NCBI GenBank assembly: GCA_963758525.1
Contig: CAVWVQ010000003.1
Location: 1,536,001-1,600,000 of the forward strand
Source of the DNA: an uncultured Phycisphaerales bacterium
Lineage (GTDB): Bacteria; Planctomycetota; Phycisphaerae; Tepidisphaerales; Tepidisphaeraceae
Direction: 5' to 3'
Length of the DNA stretch: 64,000 nucleotides
The first letter of the stretch is position 1; each line of letters begins with the position of its first letter. Positions 30,939 to 41,298 of the stretch are shown piece by piece. A program made the position numbers and the translations under genes. The notes beneath the pieces are model-generated. The model was not told the DNA's origin. It saw nothing but the letters and a program-made list of their open reading frames with translations, and did not search any database.

Positions 30939-31330
30939 AAAACCAGAATGACGAAACCAGAAATCAGAATCAAATCCGAATGACGAATGACCGAATGTCG
31001 AAACCGGACGAGGTCTCGCTAAGTCAACGCGCACCGCTCAAGACTGTCTCATTCGTCTAAATGGCTGTGCGCAAGTCCCAGCCGATCGCGAGCCAAGAGA
31101 ATGCAGAACACGAATCGACACGAATTTGCCACAAATCTGCACGAAGCAGCTTTATTCGCCTTTATTCGTGAAAATTCGTGCGCGATTCGTGCAGATTCGT
31201 GTTCCTCTTCAGAGATCTGCGCGGGACCGTGAAGATTAACAGCGCATGTTCGCGCAACTCTTCATTTAGACATTCGTCATTCTGGTTTGATTGTTTGATT
31301 CGCCATTCGGGTTTCGGAATTCGGATTTCC
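30939..31330. repeat. GAATGAC/AACCAGA heptamer inverted-repeat element, copy 1
   Basis: Left arm 30939-31005 and right arm 31261-31330 are imperfect reverse complements. Same family as 36131-36338. Confidence 0.85.
31093..31211. repeat. CACGAAT inverted-repeat element (about 120 bp), copy 1, nested in the previous element
   Basis: CACGAAT units on the left and ATTCGTG units on the right. The reverse complement aligns end to end with 50953-51070. Confidence 0.88.
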
Positions 31331-31349
31331 GCCCGCAAAGCGGGCGGCT

Positions 31350-34300
31350 TTAGCTTCCCAGCTTGCTGGTGAGCATCGGGAACTGCTGGTTCTCGATCTC
31401 GCGCTCAATGAGGATCGTGGGCTTCACCAGGATCAGCAACACCAACTCGTCCTTGGCGGTCGACCGGTTGGTGAAGAGTCGGCGGAGGAACGGAATCTTG
31501 GAGAGAATAGGAGTTCCGGCCTCCTTGGAGACTTCACCCGCGACGGTTTCGCCGCCGAGGAGCAGGGTTCCGCCGTCGGGCACGCTGACGGTGGTGCGCA
31601 CCTCGGTGAGCTGAATTTCCGGCTCCTGAATGGTGCCGGCGCCGTTGGTGATGACGGTGTTGCCAAGTCCGGTACCCACGCCGCTGCTGGTGCCGCCGGC
31701 CTGGAAGGAGAAGCTTTGGAGCGCCAGCAGATTGGACTGCTGCGGGCGGAGCGTCAGCGTGACGTATTTGCGATCGGCAGAGACTGTTGCTTGCACGTCG
31801 AGGAGCACGCCGGTTTCTACGATGCTGATGGTTGGCTGAAACGCGCTGGTGCCGGTGCCGACGGCGGGCGTCAGGTTACTGACGTATGCCTGCTGCGTCG
31901 CTACGAGCACATAGGCGCGCTGTCCGTTAAAGAGCGTGACGCGCGGAGAAGTCACCTCGGTATTGAGGGCGCTGGCTTCGGTGGCACGCAGAAGCAGCGT
32001 GACCTGCAGATCGTCAAGGTAGGTCAGCGAGGTGGTCAGTCCCTGGGCGGCGGCGCCGATGCTGCCGGGGACGCCCGTTACGGGCGCCTGGGTGAACGCC
32101 GAGTTGGTCGCGTTGACCGGAACCGCGCTGAACACCTTGGAATCCACGTGGTTGGCGTTGAAGATGAAACTCAGATCGACACCGATGTCCTGCAGGAAGT
32201 TGCGTTCAACGGTCAGGAAGCGTGTTTCCACGGTCACCTGAATCGAATGCGTCTCGCGGAGTTGCTCAAGCAAGCTGACCAGAGCGCGCTGATTTTCGGG
32301 GGTCTGCGTAACGATCAATTGACCCTGCAGCTCGCGGATCGCACCGATGGAGCCGCCCGAGTCGCGCCAACTGTCGGGCGCGACCGTCTCGGTCACCAGC
32401 TTGATGATCGCGTCAACCAGTTCCTGTCGGGTCTGGCCTTCCCCGGCGCCAGCGCCGCTGCTGCTGCCGCCGCCCGAAAAGAGGCTTTGTCCGCCGCCAC
32501 CACCACCGCCGCCGCCGGCGCCACCGGCGCCGCCGCTCTGGTTGGAGTTGTTCGACGTTGATTGCAGGCTGAAATCGGGGGCGTTGTTAAAATCGGGGAT
32601 ATTGATGATCAGATCGCGGATGTCGTAGACGCGCGTCAGCGTATTCTTGCCCAGCTCATCGGCGGTGGCAATTTCGATGACGCCTTCGTCGATGGTGTAC
32701 CCGAGCTTGGCTGTTCCGCCGCCCACGCTGTCGAGGATGATATTGAGGGCCTTGGAGAATTTCACATTGCGGAGCTTGGCCGTGACCGGGGCATTGCGGT
32801 CGACGCCGGCGCCTTCGAGACTCTTCCAGTTAACAAAGATATTCGCGCCGCTGACATCACGGAGGAAGTCAACCACGTCGCTGAAGCCGACACCGTCAAA
32901 GGTCAATTCGGGCAGGGCGCGATCCAGCTGTGCCTGCACGGCGCGGTCTTCCTTATTTTCGCCGCGCTCCCCCGCGACGGTCTGATCGCGGAGCTGGCTG
33001 ATTCCCGGCCAATCCGTGGGATAGCGGAGAATATCGTCATAGGGAATTTTCTCTTCCTCGGTCCGCACCAACTGCCCAGTCAACTCAAGATCTTTGCGCT
33101 CCATGAAGATGCGCTGCTGCTGGAAGTTGTTTTGGTCCTCGAGCAGCGGCCGCACGCCGGTGGCATAGTCGTCATCGGGATCGAGGGTGAGGATCTGGTC
33201 AACCACGTTGATCGCCTCGCGGAATCGCTTGTGGTTGGTCAGATCGATCGCGTTGGCCCGCAACGAGACAATCGTGTTATGCTTCTGCTGCTCGTTTTTC
33301 TTGCGGTCCTCTTCTAGTTTCGCGGTGATCGCGTTGTTATTCGCTTCCGTCGCTGTTTCGGCGGCCCGGGCGCGGGCAGCCTCATTTGCTTGGCGGGCGG
33401 CGGCGATTTCGTTGTCGAAATTGCGGAGCGCGTCGGCGGTGAAGATCGTCGGATCCTGGCGGCTGGCGACTTGAGCGCGCTGCAGCGCCGTTTCCGCCAG
33501 GCCAAAATCGCCCTTGTTGGTCGCGTCGTGTGCGTCTGCAAGCGCCTTGTTGACCGCGTACGTGATCTCCTGCTGCCGGATGGGAATATCGTGAGTTGCC
33601 TGATCCAAGGCGTTGGTCGGAGCAGGATTTCGGCCCAGGAGGATCAACACTTCGTGCAGCCCGGCGCGAGCCTGGGCGTTGTCCGGGTCGAGCTGAACGG
33701 CCTGCTGATAGAGCTTCTGTGCCGATTCCAGATCGGGCGGCACTTGATGCCGCGCGTCTGAAGCCTGACGAGCGAGCACCTGCGCCTGATAGGCATTTTG
33801 CTCGTGAAGAATTTCGGCGGCGCGTTGGGTGGCCTTGAGGTCGGCCAGTGCCTGCTGATCTTCGGTCATCGCCGGCGGAGTCGGCACGGGGGTGAGCACT
33901 GGGGTCGGCACCACGGCTTCGGCGGGGGCCGTGGTCGGCGCGGTGGCCGGCGGCGCAACCGCTTCGGCCGGGGCAGTAGTTGGCGCAGGCACCGGCGCTG
34001 GCGCTACCGCTTCGGGGGGAGCCGGCGCCGGGGTGGGCGGCGCCGCGACCACTGCGGGGGCGGTGGCCGGCGCGGGAGTCGGAGCAGGAGGCGCTGGTTC
34101 AGCGGGCGGCGGTGGAACGATCGCCACGGCCGGCGCCGTCGCAGGCGCTTCGGCGGGTGCGGTGGATGGAGCTGCCGGCGGCGCTGGCTCGGAAGGGGCG
34201 ACCGCTACGGCGGGCGCCGGGGCCGGCGGAGGCGTTTCGCTGACCATCGCAACTTGCCGGGCGTGAGCCGTCTGAAGCTGCGCGGCCTGCTCGATCCGAG

Positions 34301-35639
34301 CCTCAGTGGCGGCTTTATCGGCGGATTCCTTCGCGTCCATCCGCGACAAATACTTGGCGGGACTTTCGCCCTCGAAGAGTCCGGGTTTGTAATTGGCCGC
34401 CCTGGCGGCTTCGAAATTCTGTCGGGCGGCGATCCAGTCTCCCTTGCGGTACTGCTGCTGCGCGAGATGGTAATAGTCTTTGCCGCTTGGAGCGGGCGCG
34501 GCAGCGACGGGCGCGGGGACTGGCTCTGGCGCTGCGGAAGGAGCCGTCGTCGGCTCAGTGGCAGGGGCGGGCGCCTCGGCGACCGCGGGTGTCGGTGCTG
34601 GAGCGGCAGGCGCTGGTGTTTCGGCAACGGGAGGAACCACTGCGGCCGGCGCCGTTGCGGGAGTTTCGGTCGGGGCGACTGGCGGGGCGACGACTGGCGC
34701 CGGGGCCGGAGGCTCGGCAACGACAGCGATCTGCCGGGGGGGAGCGGTCTGCAGTTGCTGCTGTTTCGCGGCGCGAGCTTCAGTGGCGGCCTTGTCGGCG
34801 GCTTCCTTTGCATCCATTCGCGCCAAGTATTGCGCTGGGCTGTCTCCCTCGAAGAATCCGGGCTTGTAGTTGAGGGCCTTGGCGGACTCGAAATTCTGAC
34901 GGGCGGCGATCCAGTCTCCCTTGCGATATTGCTGGCGGGCAAGGTGATAGAAGTCTTTGCCGCTGGGCGCGGGGGCGGCCGGGATCGGCGCGGGGGCCGC
35001 CGCGGGAGCGGTGGCGGGGCTGGGGTTGGGCTCGATCGGCGGGACCGCCGAATCCGTCGGCGCAGGAGCGCTGGGCTGGGTGGCTGGCGCATCAGCGGCA
35101 AGCTGAACGCGCGCGTCGACCGCGGGGGCCGGCCCGGCGCCGTCGGCTCGGGCCATTTCGTCCTGAGCCGCCTTGGAGGTCGCGGCATCGGCGAATCGAT
35201 TGCCGATCACGGCGTTAAAGTGCTCGCGAGCCTCGACGCGCCGATCAGCCCCCAGGGCCTGTCGCCCCAGCGCCAGTTCGGAGCGAGCGCCGCGGCGCTG
35301 GTCGGCGGCTTTGGAGGCGTCGTCGAGCGCAGTGAGCACCACCCGCCGGTCGATGTCGGAAAGATTGAACGTATTGATCTGGCGGAGTGTTTCCTCCGCC
35401 TCTTCATACTGTTCCTTATCCATCTGCGCCTGGGCGGTCTTGAGCGCGTCGTCCGCGGAAGGAGCGGGCGCGTCTTTGGCGGGCGCACTGTCTGCGAAAA
35501 CGCGGGCCAGCGTCAGCGCGCTGACCGGGACGGCCATCGCGGCGGCCAACCCGAGAGCAGCGAGTTGTCGGCGGCGTTTTGCGGTTTGAGCAGCGGCAGG
35601 GGTAGGTTCGGACGCGGTCCCGAGGCGGTCGAAGAACAC
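31350..35639 (-). CDS. very large secretin (GspD/PilQ family) with Pro/Ala-rich and TPR-like N-terminal extension
   Basis: C-terminal secretin motifs GQLIVTQT, QVTVETRFL, SPRVTLFNGQ, ATVSADRKYV, TTVSVPDGGTLLLGG, PILSKIPF..RLF, LLILVKP. GTG start with GGAGG upstream. Confidence 0.9.
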   Translation of the reverse strand: MFFDRLGTASEPTPAAAQTAKRRRQLAALGLAAAMAVPVSALTLARVFADSAPAKDAPAPSADDALKTAQAQMDKEQYEEAEETLRQINTFNLSDIDRRVVLTALDDASKAADQRRGARSELALGRQALGADRRVEAREHFNAVIGNRFADAATSKAAQDEMARADGAGPAPAVDARVQLAADAPATQPSAPAPTDSAVPPIEPNPSPATAPAAAPAPIPAAPAPSGKDFYHLARQQYRKGDWIAARQNFESAKALNYKPGFFEGDSPAQYLARMDAKEAADKAATEARAAKQQQLQTAPPRQIAVVAEPPAPAPVVAPPVAPTETPATAPAAVVPPVAETPAPAAPAPTPAVAEAPAPATEPTTAPSAAPEPVPAPVAAAPAPSGKDYYHLAQQQYRKGDWIAARQNFEAARAANYKPGLFEGESPAKYLSRMDAKESADKAATEARIEQAAQLQTAHARQVAMVSETPPPAPAPAVAVAPSEPAPPAAPSTAPAEAPATAPAVAIVPPPPAEPAPPAPTPAPATAPAVVAAPPTPAPAPPEAVAPAPVPAPTTAPAEAVAPPATAPTTAPAEAVVPTPVLTPVPTPPAMTEDQQALADLKATQRAAEILHEQNAYQAQVLARQASDARHQVPPDLESAQKLYQQAVQLDPDNAQARAGLHEVLILLGRNPAPTNALDQATHDIPIRQQEITYAVNKALADAHDATNKGDFGLAETALQRAQVASRQDPTIFTADALRNFDNEIAAARQANEAARARAAETATEANNNAITAKLEEDRKKNEQQKHNTIVSLRANAIDLTNHKRFREAINVVDQILTLDPDDDYATGVRPLLEDQNNFQQQRIFMERKDLELTGQLVRTEEEKIPYDDILRYPTDWPGISQLRDQTVAGERGENKEDRAVQAQLDRALPELTFDGVGFSDVVDFLRDVSGANIFVNWKSLEGAGVDRNAPVTAKLRNVKFSKALNIILDSVGGGTAKLGYTIDEGVIEIATADELGKNTLTRVYDIRDLIINIPDFNNAPDFSLQSTSNNSNQSGGAGGAGGGGGGGGGQSLFSGGGSSSGAGAGEGQTRQELVDAIIKLVTETVAPDSWRDSGGSIGAIRELQGQLIVTQTPENQRALVSLLEQLRETHSIQVTVETRFLTVERNFLQDIGVDLSFIFNANHVDSKVFSAVPVNATNSAFTQAPVTGVPGSIGAAAQGLTTSLTYLDDLQVTLLLRATEASALNTEVTSPRVTLFNGQRAYVLVATQQAYVSNLTPAVGTGTSAFQPTISIVETGVLLDVQATVSADRKYVTLTLRPQQSNLLALQSFSFQAGGTSSGVGTGLGNTVITNGAGTIQEPEIQLTEVRTTVSVPDGGTLLLGGETVAGEVSKEAGTPILSKIPFLRRLFTNRSTAKDELVLLILVKPTILIEREIENQQFPMLTSKLGS

Positions 35640-36130
35640 GATGGTCCTCCTGGGTTGGTGTCAATCCGTGGTGCACTTCGCGGGCGCCCGCCCGGTGTCA
35701 CGCCGGTTACGAGCGACAGAGCGCGATAATCCACAATGAGCAGAGAAAAACGCCAACCGGCGTCTGATTCCCGATGCCCCATGCAGGTTCGCAACTCGCT
35801 TGCGCGGTTCAGCAGGTCTTGTGGACCGAGCCGCTAATCTCTGGCCCGACCCGTTCTTCTGCCGATCCATCGCCGCCCACGGCTCGCATGAGCCCTTGGA
35901 CAGCCGGCAGAAACGAGCCCTTGTGGTAAGGCTCCGCCTTCCAGCACGCCTGCGCACATCGCGCAAGCCGCCGGACAGGAGACCAAATCTACGCAAACGC
36001 AAGCCGCGTTGCAAATAAAATCGTCTCTGACAATGTAATTCGTCCAGTAAAAGGAGGGCGTACGGTAAAAATGAGGGGTGCTGAAGCAGCAATGAGCGGC
36101 TGGGCTTCAAGGTAAGCTCCGTGGGTGTCC

Positions 36131-36338
36131 CGAAACCCGAATGACGAAACCAGAAACCAGAATCAAACAAATCAAACCAGAATGACGAATGACCGAATGA
36201 AGGCCTGACAGATGCGCATCCAGTTTGTTTGTCCGATAGTTGCTTGACCACGCAGCGCAGGGCGCTGACCGACGTTCTCACTTTTGGTCATTCGTCATTC
36301 GTTTTGATTCTGGTTTCTGGTTTCGTCATTCGGGTTTG
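36131..36338. repeat. GAATGAC/AACCAGA heptamer inverted-repeat element, copy 2
   Basis: AAACCCGAATGACGAAACCAGAAACCAGAATCAAA at the left pairs with TTTGATTCTGGTTTCTGGTTTCGTCATTCGGGTTT at the right, directly after the murA stop. Confidence 0.9.
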
Positions 36339-36342
36339 CGTT

Positions 36343-37649
36343 CTACTTTTCCTTAACCCTCTCAATATCCGCGCCCACCGCCGCCAGCTTCTTTTCAATC
36401 TTTTCGTAGCCGCGATCGATGTGGTAGACGCGGTCGATCCGCGTCTGCCCGCGCGCCACCAGCCCGGCCAGCACCAGGGCCGCCGACGCCCGCAGGTCGC
36501 TGGCCATCACGCTGGCGCCCTGCAGTTCCTTCACGCCCTGAATGATCGCGGTCGGCCCCTCCTTGCGGATGCGGGCGCCCATGCGGTTCAACTCGCCAAC
36601 ATGCAGAAAACGATCGGGGAAAATCCGCTCCGTCACCACGCTCATCCCATCTGCCAGGCAGAGCAGGGCCATGAGCTGCGCCTGCAGATCAGTGGGAAAT
36701 CCGGGAAACGGCTGCGTGGTCATCTCCACCGTATTGAGCCGTCGAGAACTGGAGACAAACGCGGTCCCGTTCTGCCGCTCGATGTGAACGCCGACTTCCT
36801 CAAGACGATCGACGACGGCAATGAGATGGTCGAGATTGCAGTGCTTGATCTCCAGCTCGCCATTGGTGAGGGCGGCGGCAATCATGAATGTGCCGCATTC
36901 GATCCGGTCGGGGATGACGCGATGCTCGGTCCCCGTGAGACGATCGACCCCTTCGATACGGATCTCCGGCGTGCCGTGCCCTTTGATTTTCGCGCCCATC
37001 TTGATGAGCATTTCCGCACAGTCGGAAACCTCCGGCTCGCATGCCGCGCCGACCAGCACGGTCTCCCCTTCGGCCAGCGCCGCGGCACAGAGCACATTGA
37101 TCGTTCCCAGCACGGTCGGGCCCTGCGCCCACCCAGGTACATCTGGCACCCTTTAAGACGCCCGCGCACTTCGCCGACGATATTGCCGTTTTCGGTACGG
37201 AACTCCGCGCCGAGTTTTTTGAGCCCGCGCACGTGAAGATCGACCGGTCGGTCGCCGATGGCACATCCGCCGGGGATCGAAACCACCGCGCGTCCGCGCT
37301 TGGCCAGCAACGGCCCCAGCACGCAGATGCTCGCCCGCATCGTCTTGACGATGTCGTAGCGAGCTTCGCACTTGGACTCGTCCCGCACTTCGATATCCAG
37401 TGGCCCGTCCAGCGGAGGCAGATCTCGATCAGGATTGGTGGGCGACTCGCGCCGATAGACGTGGCAGCCCAGCTCGCCGATCAGCTTGGACATTGAGTCG
37501 ATGTCACTGAGGCGCGGCACCCCGTGCAGCGTGGTCTTCCCCTCCGCCATCAGGCACGCCGCCACAATCGGCAGCGAGCTGTTCTTGCTGCCGCTGATTT
37601 CTACTTTGCCCTTGAGTCTGGTTCCGCCCCTGATGAGAAAGCTGTCCAT
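36343..37649 (-). CDS. murA: UDP-N-acetylglucosamine 1-carboxyvinyltransferase (frameshift near 37130, probably a sequencing error)
   Basis: SGSKNSSLP, MRASICVLGPL, PGGCAIGDRPVDLH; second frame has EPEV, PDRIECGT, PFPGFPTDLQ, DLRASAAL, HIDRGYE. Confidence 0.95.
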
Positions 37650-37963
37650 AATCACGCCCATCCTTGGGCCGTTGTCGCGAGCGGACTTCCCGCGACGCAT
37701 GGCCCGATCTGTCGGCGGGCAAAGCCATTTGCTGGCCCGCGAACAATCGGTCTATCGGCCGGTCCATCAGCCGATTAACAGTCTATCTTTACGACGCAGA
37801 TCGTCGAAGGTTTATCGGCCGGAACTCGCCCGCGGCCGACACCTGTTCGACTCCGCATTGTCGCTCTTTCGAACTTCGTCTTCAAGAGATGCCGCGGGTA
37901 TTTTTTATGATTCTCCCCTTCGCGGAATGCTGCTCTCGAGTCTCCTCACGCGCATCGGCGCAT

Positions 37964-38200
37964 CCAAAAAAGCCAACGGATGGCCATCCGTCGGGCATTT
38001 TCCATGAGCGAACGATCGAACATCCGCTCGGGAGCGGGACCGCAAATTGACAGCGGGGACCAACGGATGGCAATCCGTTGGCTTTCAGGGGGAGAAATGT
38101 GGCGGGCCCAATCGTCTGCTGCAAGAACAATGATAGAGTCCTTCACGCGCAATGGCGCAGCCCAAAAAGCCAACGGATCGCCATCCGTTGGGCATTTTCC
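37964..38200. repeat. cluster of three REP-like palindromes AAGCCAACGGATGGCNATCCGTTGG
   Basis: Copies at 37964-38002, 38060-38085 (inverted) and 38161-38200; a fourth lies at 63620-63653. Confidence 0.88.
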
Positions 38201-38248
38201 GCGAGCGCGGCGGAGCGGAGCGATGGAAGCGCCAGACCTGCCCACGTC

Positions 38249-40203
38249 TCAGATCACGTTCAGCGTGTTAACGGTGTTGGCCGAGTTATCGCCGGGGTTG
38301 GACTCGGCAAACGCGTTGTTCGGATCGATCGTGGCGGTGATGTAATAGCTGCCTGGAATCAGGGCGGCGGGGAGCGGCACGAGCAGCCGCAGCACGGTCC
38401 TCCCGGAGGGGGTGATCTGGATTGGAACAAACGCCGGGCGGAGGAGCTGGGGATTGGAGCCGGAGGGATCGGTGGACGCCGAGAGGGCAATCTGCAGGCG
38501 GCCTTTGGCGAGGACGTTGCCGGAGTTGGCGACGGTGACGGCGATGACCGCTTTTTTGCCCTGCTTCACGGCAGGCGAAACAACGGTGACGCTGTCGGAG
38601 AGGTTGATGACCGGAGCCTGCAGATCGACGGAGCCGTTGGATGTGGCGACGCTGGCGCCGGCGGCGCTGCTGAGCTGAGCCAGCACGTAATAACTGCCGG
38701 CGGCGACGGCGGGGAACTTGCCAAGGGGCAGGGAAATATGCTGCGTCCCGCCGGGCTGAATTTTCAGGTGCGTTCGCACAGGCCGTCCGACGCGGACTGC
38801 GGTGGCATCAAACGTCGGACCAGTCGAGACGAAAAGCTGCACGGTCGCCGACTGATTGATCGCGGCGGCGGTGTTGTTGGTGACCGCAAGCGTCTGCCTG
38901 GCGGTGGTTTTCGTCCCCGCGACGGCGATGGCGGGAAGCCCGCCGGCGAGGGTCGTGGTCAGCGCTGGCATCTCGCCGCCGCCGTTGTTGTTGCTTGCGG
39001 TGACGGCGAGCGTGGCAGCGCTGGTCGTCGCGACGCCGGCGGCATTGGTGAAGACGGCCCGGTACTGATTGCCGTTCTGAGAAAGGGCGGCGACGAAACT
39101 GAGTGTTGTGCTGGTGGCGTTGGGGATGTTCGTGAACGCGCCGCCGTTTGCGCTGACTTGCCATTTCACGGCTGGCGCGGGTGTGGCGTTGGCGGCGGCG
39201 GTAAAGGTGACAGTGCCGCCGGACGTGACTGTCTGGCCGGTTGGCTGGGTCGTGATCGACGGGGCGGCGTTGGATGTTGCGCCGCTGCCGGGCGTGAAAT
39301 CGAGCTCGACGTTCTGTGCGCCCAGCGTCACCGTGGACGAAACGGGGTTGCCGATGCCGGCGCCGCTGGCGCTCACGCTGTAGGTGCCCGGAGCCAATTG
39401 CAGGGAATAGCCGCCCGCTGCCCAGGTTGTGGTGGAGAAGACGGCGTTGTCGGTGGTGCGGGTGGCGGTAATGGTGATGTCGCCCAACCCTTCGCCGGGA
39501 TCATAGAAGTTGTTTTTGTTGGCGTCGGTGAATGCCACGCCGGTGAGGATCGGATCGGAGTCGGCGGGGACGCCGAAGTCTTCGGTGAGCAGGACCGCGT
39601 TGGAGATTCCGCCGCCGAACACGGTGTAGTTGCTCGACGCGGCCAGGCCGATGCCGACTTCCTGATAGCCGATGGTGGTGTTCAGCAGATTGAGGCGATG
39701 GCCGCGGCCGGTGACGTTGCTGTCGATAAAGAGATTGTCGTGAAGCTGGGCGGCGACGGTCGCGGAAATCGAGAGAGGGCGCTGTTGCCCACGATCGCCA
39801 GATTTTCCCCGGCTCCGCCGTCGTATCCGTTGGCCTGCACGCGTGTGCTGGGCGTTGTGTTGTTAAACGTGTGGGTGATAGGCGATTCGTTGTCAAGCAG
39901 CGTGCTGCTGTAATTCTCGGCCGTGAGCGTCAGTTCAGGATTGAACGCCAGCGGCGGCTCGGGGGTATCGGCGATCGTCCCGGCGGGCAGCCCCTCATTG
40001 AGTGATGGGGTCTGGGGCTGGGGGAATGAACTGCCGGGCACCAGGCTCGGGTCGTCGCCCCAGGTGCTGCCGTTGAGTCTCGTCACCTCCGCGCCGGGGT
40101 TGGCCCGGGCGCGGTTGATCAATTGCAGGACGTATTGTTCGATCGCGGTTGGAAACGAGCCGGACAGGAGCCGCCGCGCTTCAAGTGTTTCGAACTGGAT
40201 CAT
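38249..40203 (-). CDS. LEPR-XLL-type extracellular protein with CAP domain, Ig-like and CARDB-like domains (frameshift near 39775)
   Basis: FETLEARRLLS; EQYVLQLINRARANP, PLAFNPEL, GENLA (CAP); next frame has LLTEDFG, DANKNNFYDPGEGL, PSITTQP..VTFT..KWQ (Ig), ATIDPNNAFAESNPGDN (CARDB). Confidence 0.8.
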
Positions 40204-40407
40204 CAGCAAGCCTCTCAAAGATAGCTTCGTCATCCGGCGATCGAAACGTCCATAAATCGGCCCGCGTCCAGCGCGATTGCTCTGTTTCCCCGTTTGGTCA
40301 ATCGACTCGTTGGCGAACCGTGGTTTTGTGAGAAGAGAAAAAAACGGCTCGCGAGCGAGCCGGCCAAAAGGAGAAGCGCGCCGCGCGTGGATCATCGTGC
40401 CGTCGGG

Positions 40408-40836
40408 TTATCGGGGCGGCCTCTTTGATGAGAGACTCGGCACCGAGGCGTACGCCTCGCGCTCAAACGGGTTGTCCATGTATCCATCGCGTCCTCGCAG
40501 CGAGAGCAGCAGTGACGCGAAAAGATAGGCCGGGACAAACAGCGGTCCCCACCGCTCGCACTGACGGACGTGAATGCGCTCGTGGTCGCGGGTCAGTTGC
40601 AGCGCCTCGCGGTCGCGGCCGAGGACGACGTGGCCGAGAGTCATGGCGGATGCGCCGCCGGGGAGGAGCGTGCCTTTGCGGAGGAAGGCTTCGATGAGTC
40701 CGCCGTGCAGTTCGAGGACGCCGTCAACGACTTGGGTGCCGATGCGTCCGTAAGCTGCGCCCAGCACCAGGCAGACGAGTCCCAATGCAGTGGTTGGAAG
40801 AGCCCAGAGGTAGAGGGGCCATCTTGAGCGCGTCAT
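40408..40836 (-). CDS. small membrane protein with HExxH motif
   Basis: YLWALPTTALGL, AMTLGHVVLG, HERIHVRQCERWGPLFVPAY, DNPFEREA. Confidence 0.8.
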   Translation of the reverse strand: MTRSRWPLYLWALPTTALGLVCLVLGAAYGRIGTQVVDGVLELHGGLIEAFLRKGTLLPGGASAMTLGHVVLGRDREALQLTRDHERIHVRQCERWGPLFVPAYLFASLLLSLRGRDGYMDNPFEREAYASVPSLSSKRPPR

Positions 40837-40899
40837 CTTCGTTGCGTGTCCGCGGATAGCGCAGTGCTTCGGCCGCAAAACGCTACGTTGCAGCAGCAT

Positions 40900-41245
40900 G
40901 TGATTATCAACAATTTGTCCACGCTTCTCCACCGCCGGCTTTCATCAGGCGCATGGGACAAGCAGTGGACAAGCTGATATTGGACGTTGCGGAGGCGGTG
41001 CGAAAGACTCCCGCCCGAAGCAGTAAATGGCGAGCCCATCCTTGGAGGTGTTTCGGGCTCGCATTTTCGCGGCGCTGCCCGCGTCGGTTCATACACAAGC
41101 TGTCCACATTCGGAGTCCGATAAGTATCGCTTTAAACGGATGTCATATAAGTGCTTATGTTTCTGATGCAGAAGTTATCCCCATTGCGCCAGGCATCATT
41201 ATCACTACTACTGTATTGAAGCTTTCTATAACATAAAGGTAGCGG
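40900..41245. other. probable chromosomal replication origin (oriC)
   Basis: DnaA-box-like 9-mers: TTATCAACA 40904, TTGTCCACG 40915, TTGTCCACT (minus) 40964, TCATACACA 41089, CTGTCCACA 41100, TTATCCCCA 41175. Then a GC spacer, the trinucleotide array CATCATTATCACTACTAC (41194-41211) and an AT-rich tract, directly upstream of dnaN. Confidence 0.8.
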
Positions 41246-41298
41246 TACAGTACCCGACTTGGCTTGTCAGGACGGATTTTGCGACGGAAGGGCCTCTC

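Noticed and set aside
35640..36130. Riboswitch or ncRNA in the long secretin leader (also 56320-56630)
   Set aside because: I could not recognise any riboswitch consensus by eye. An Rfam covariance search would be needed.
37964..38200. Spaced palindromic repeats as a CRISPR array
   Set aside because: Only three copies, in alternating orientation with long unequal spacers, and no cas genes. This fits a REP/BIME cluster.
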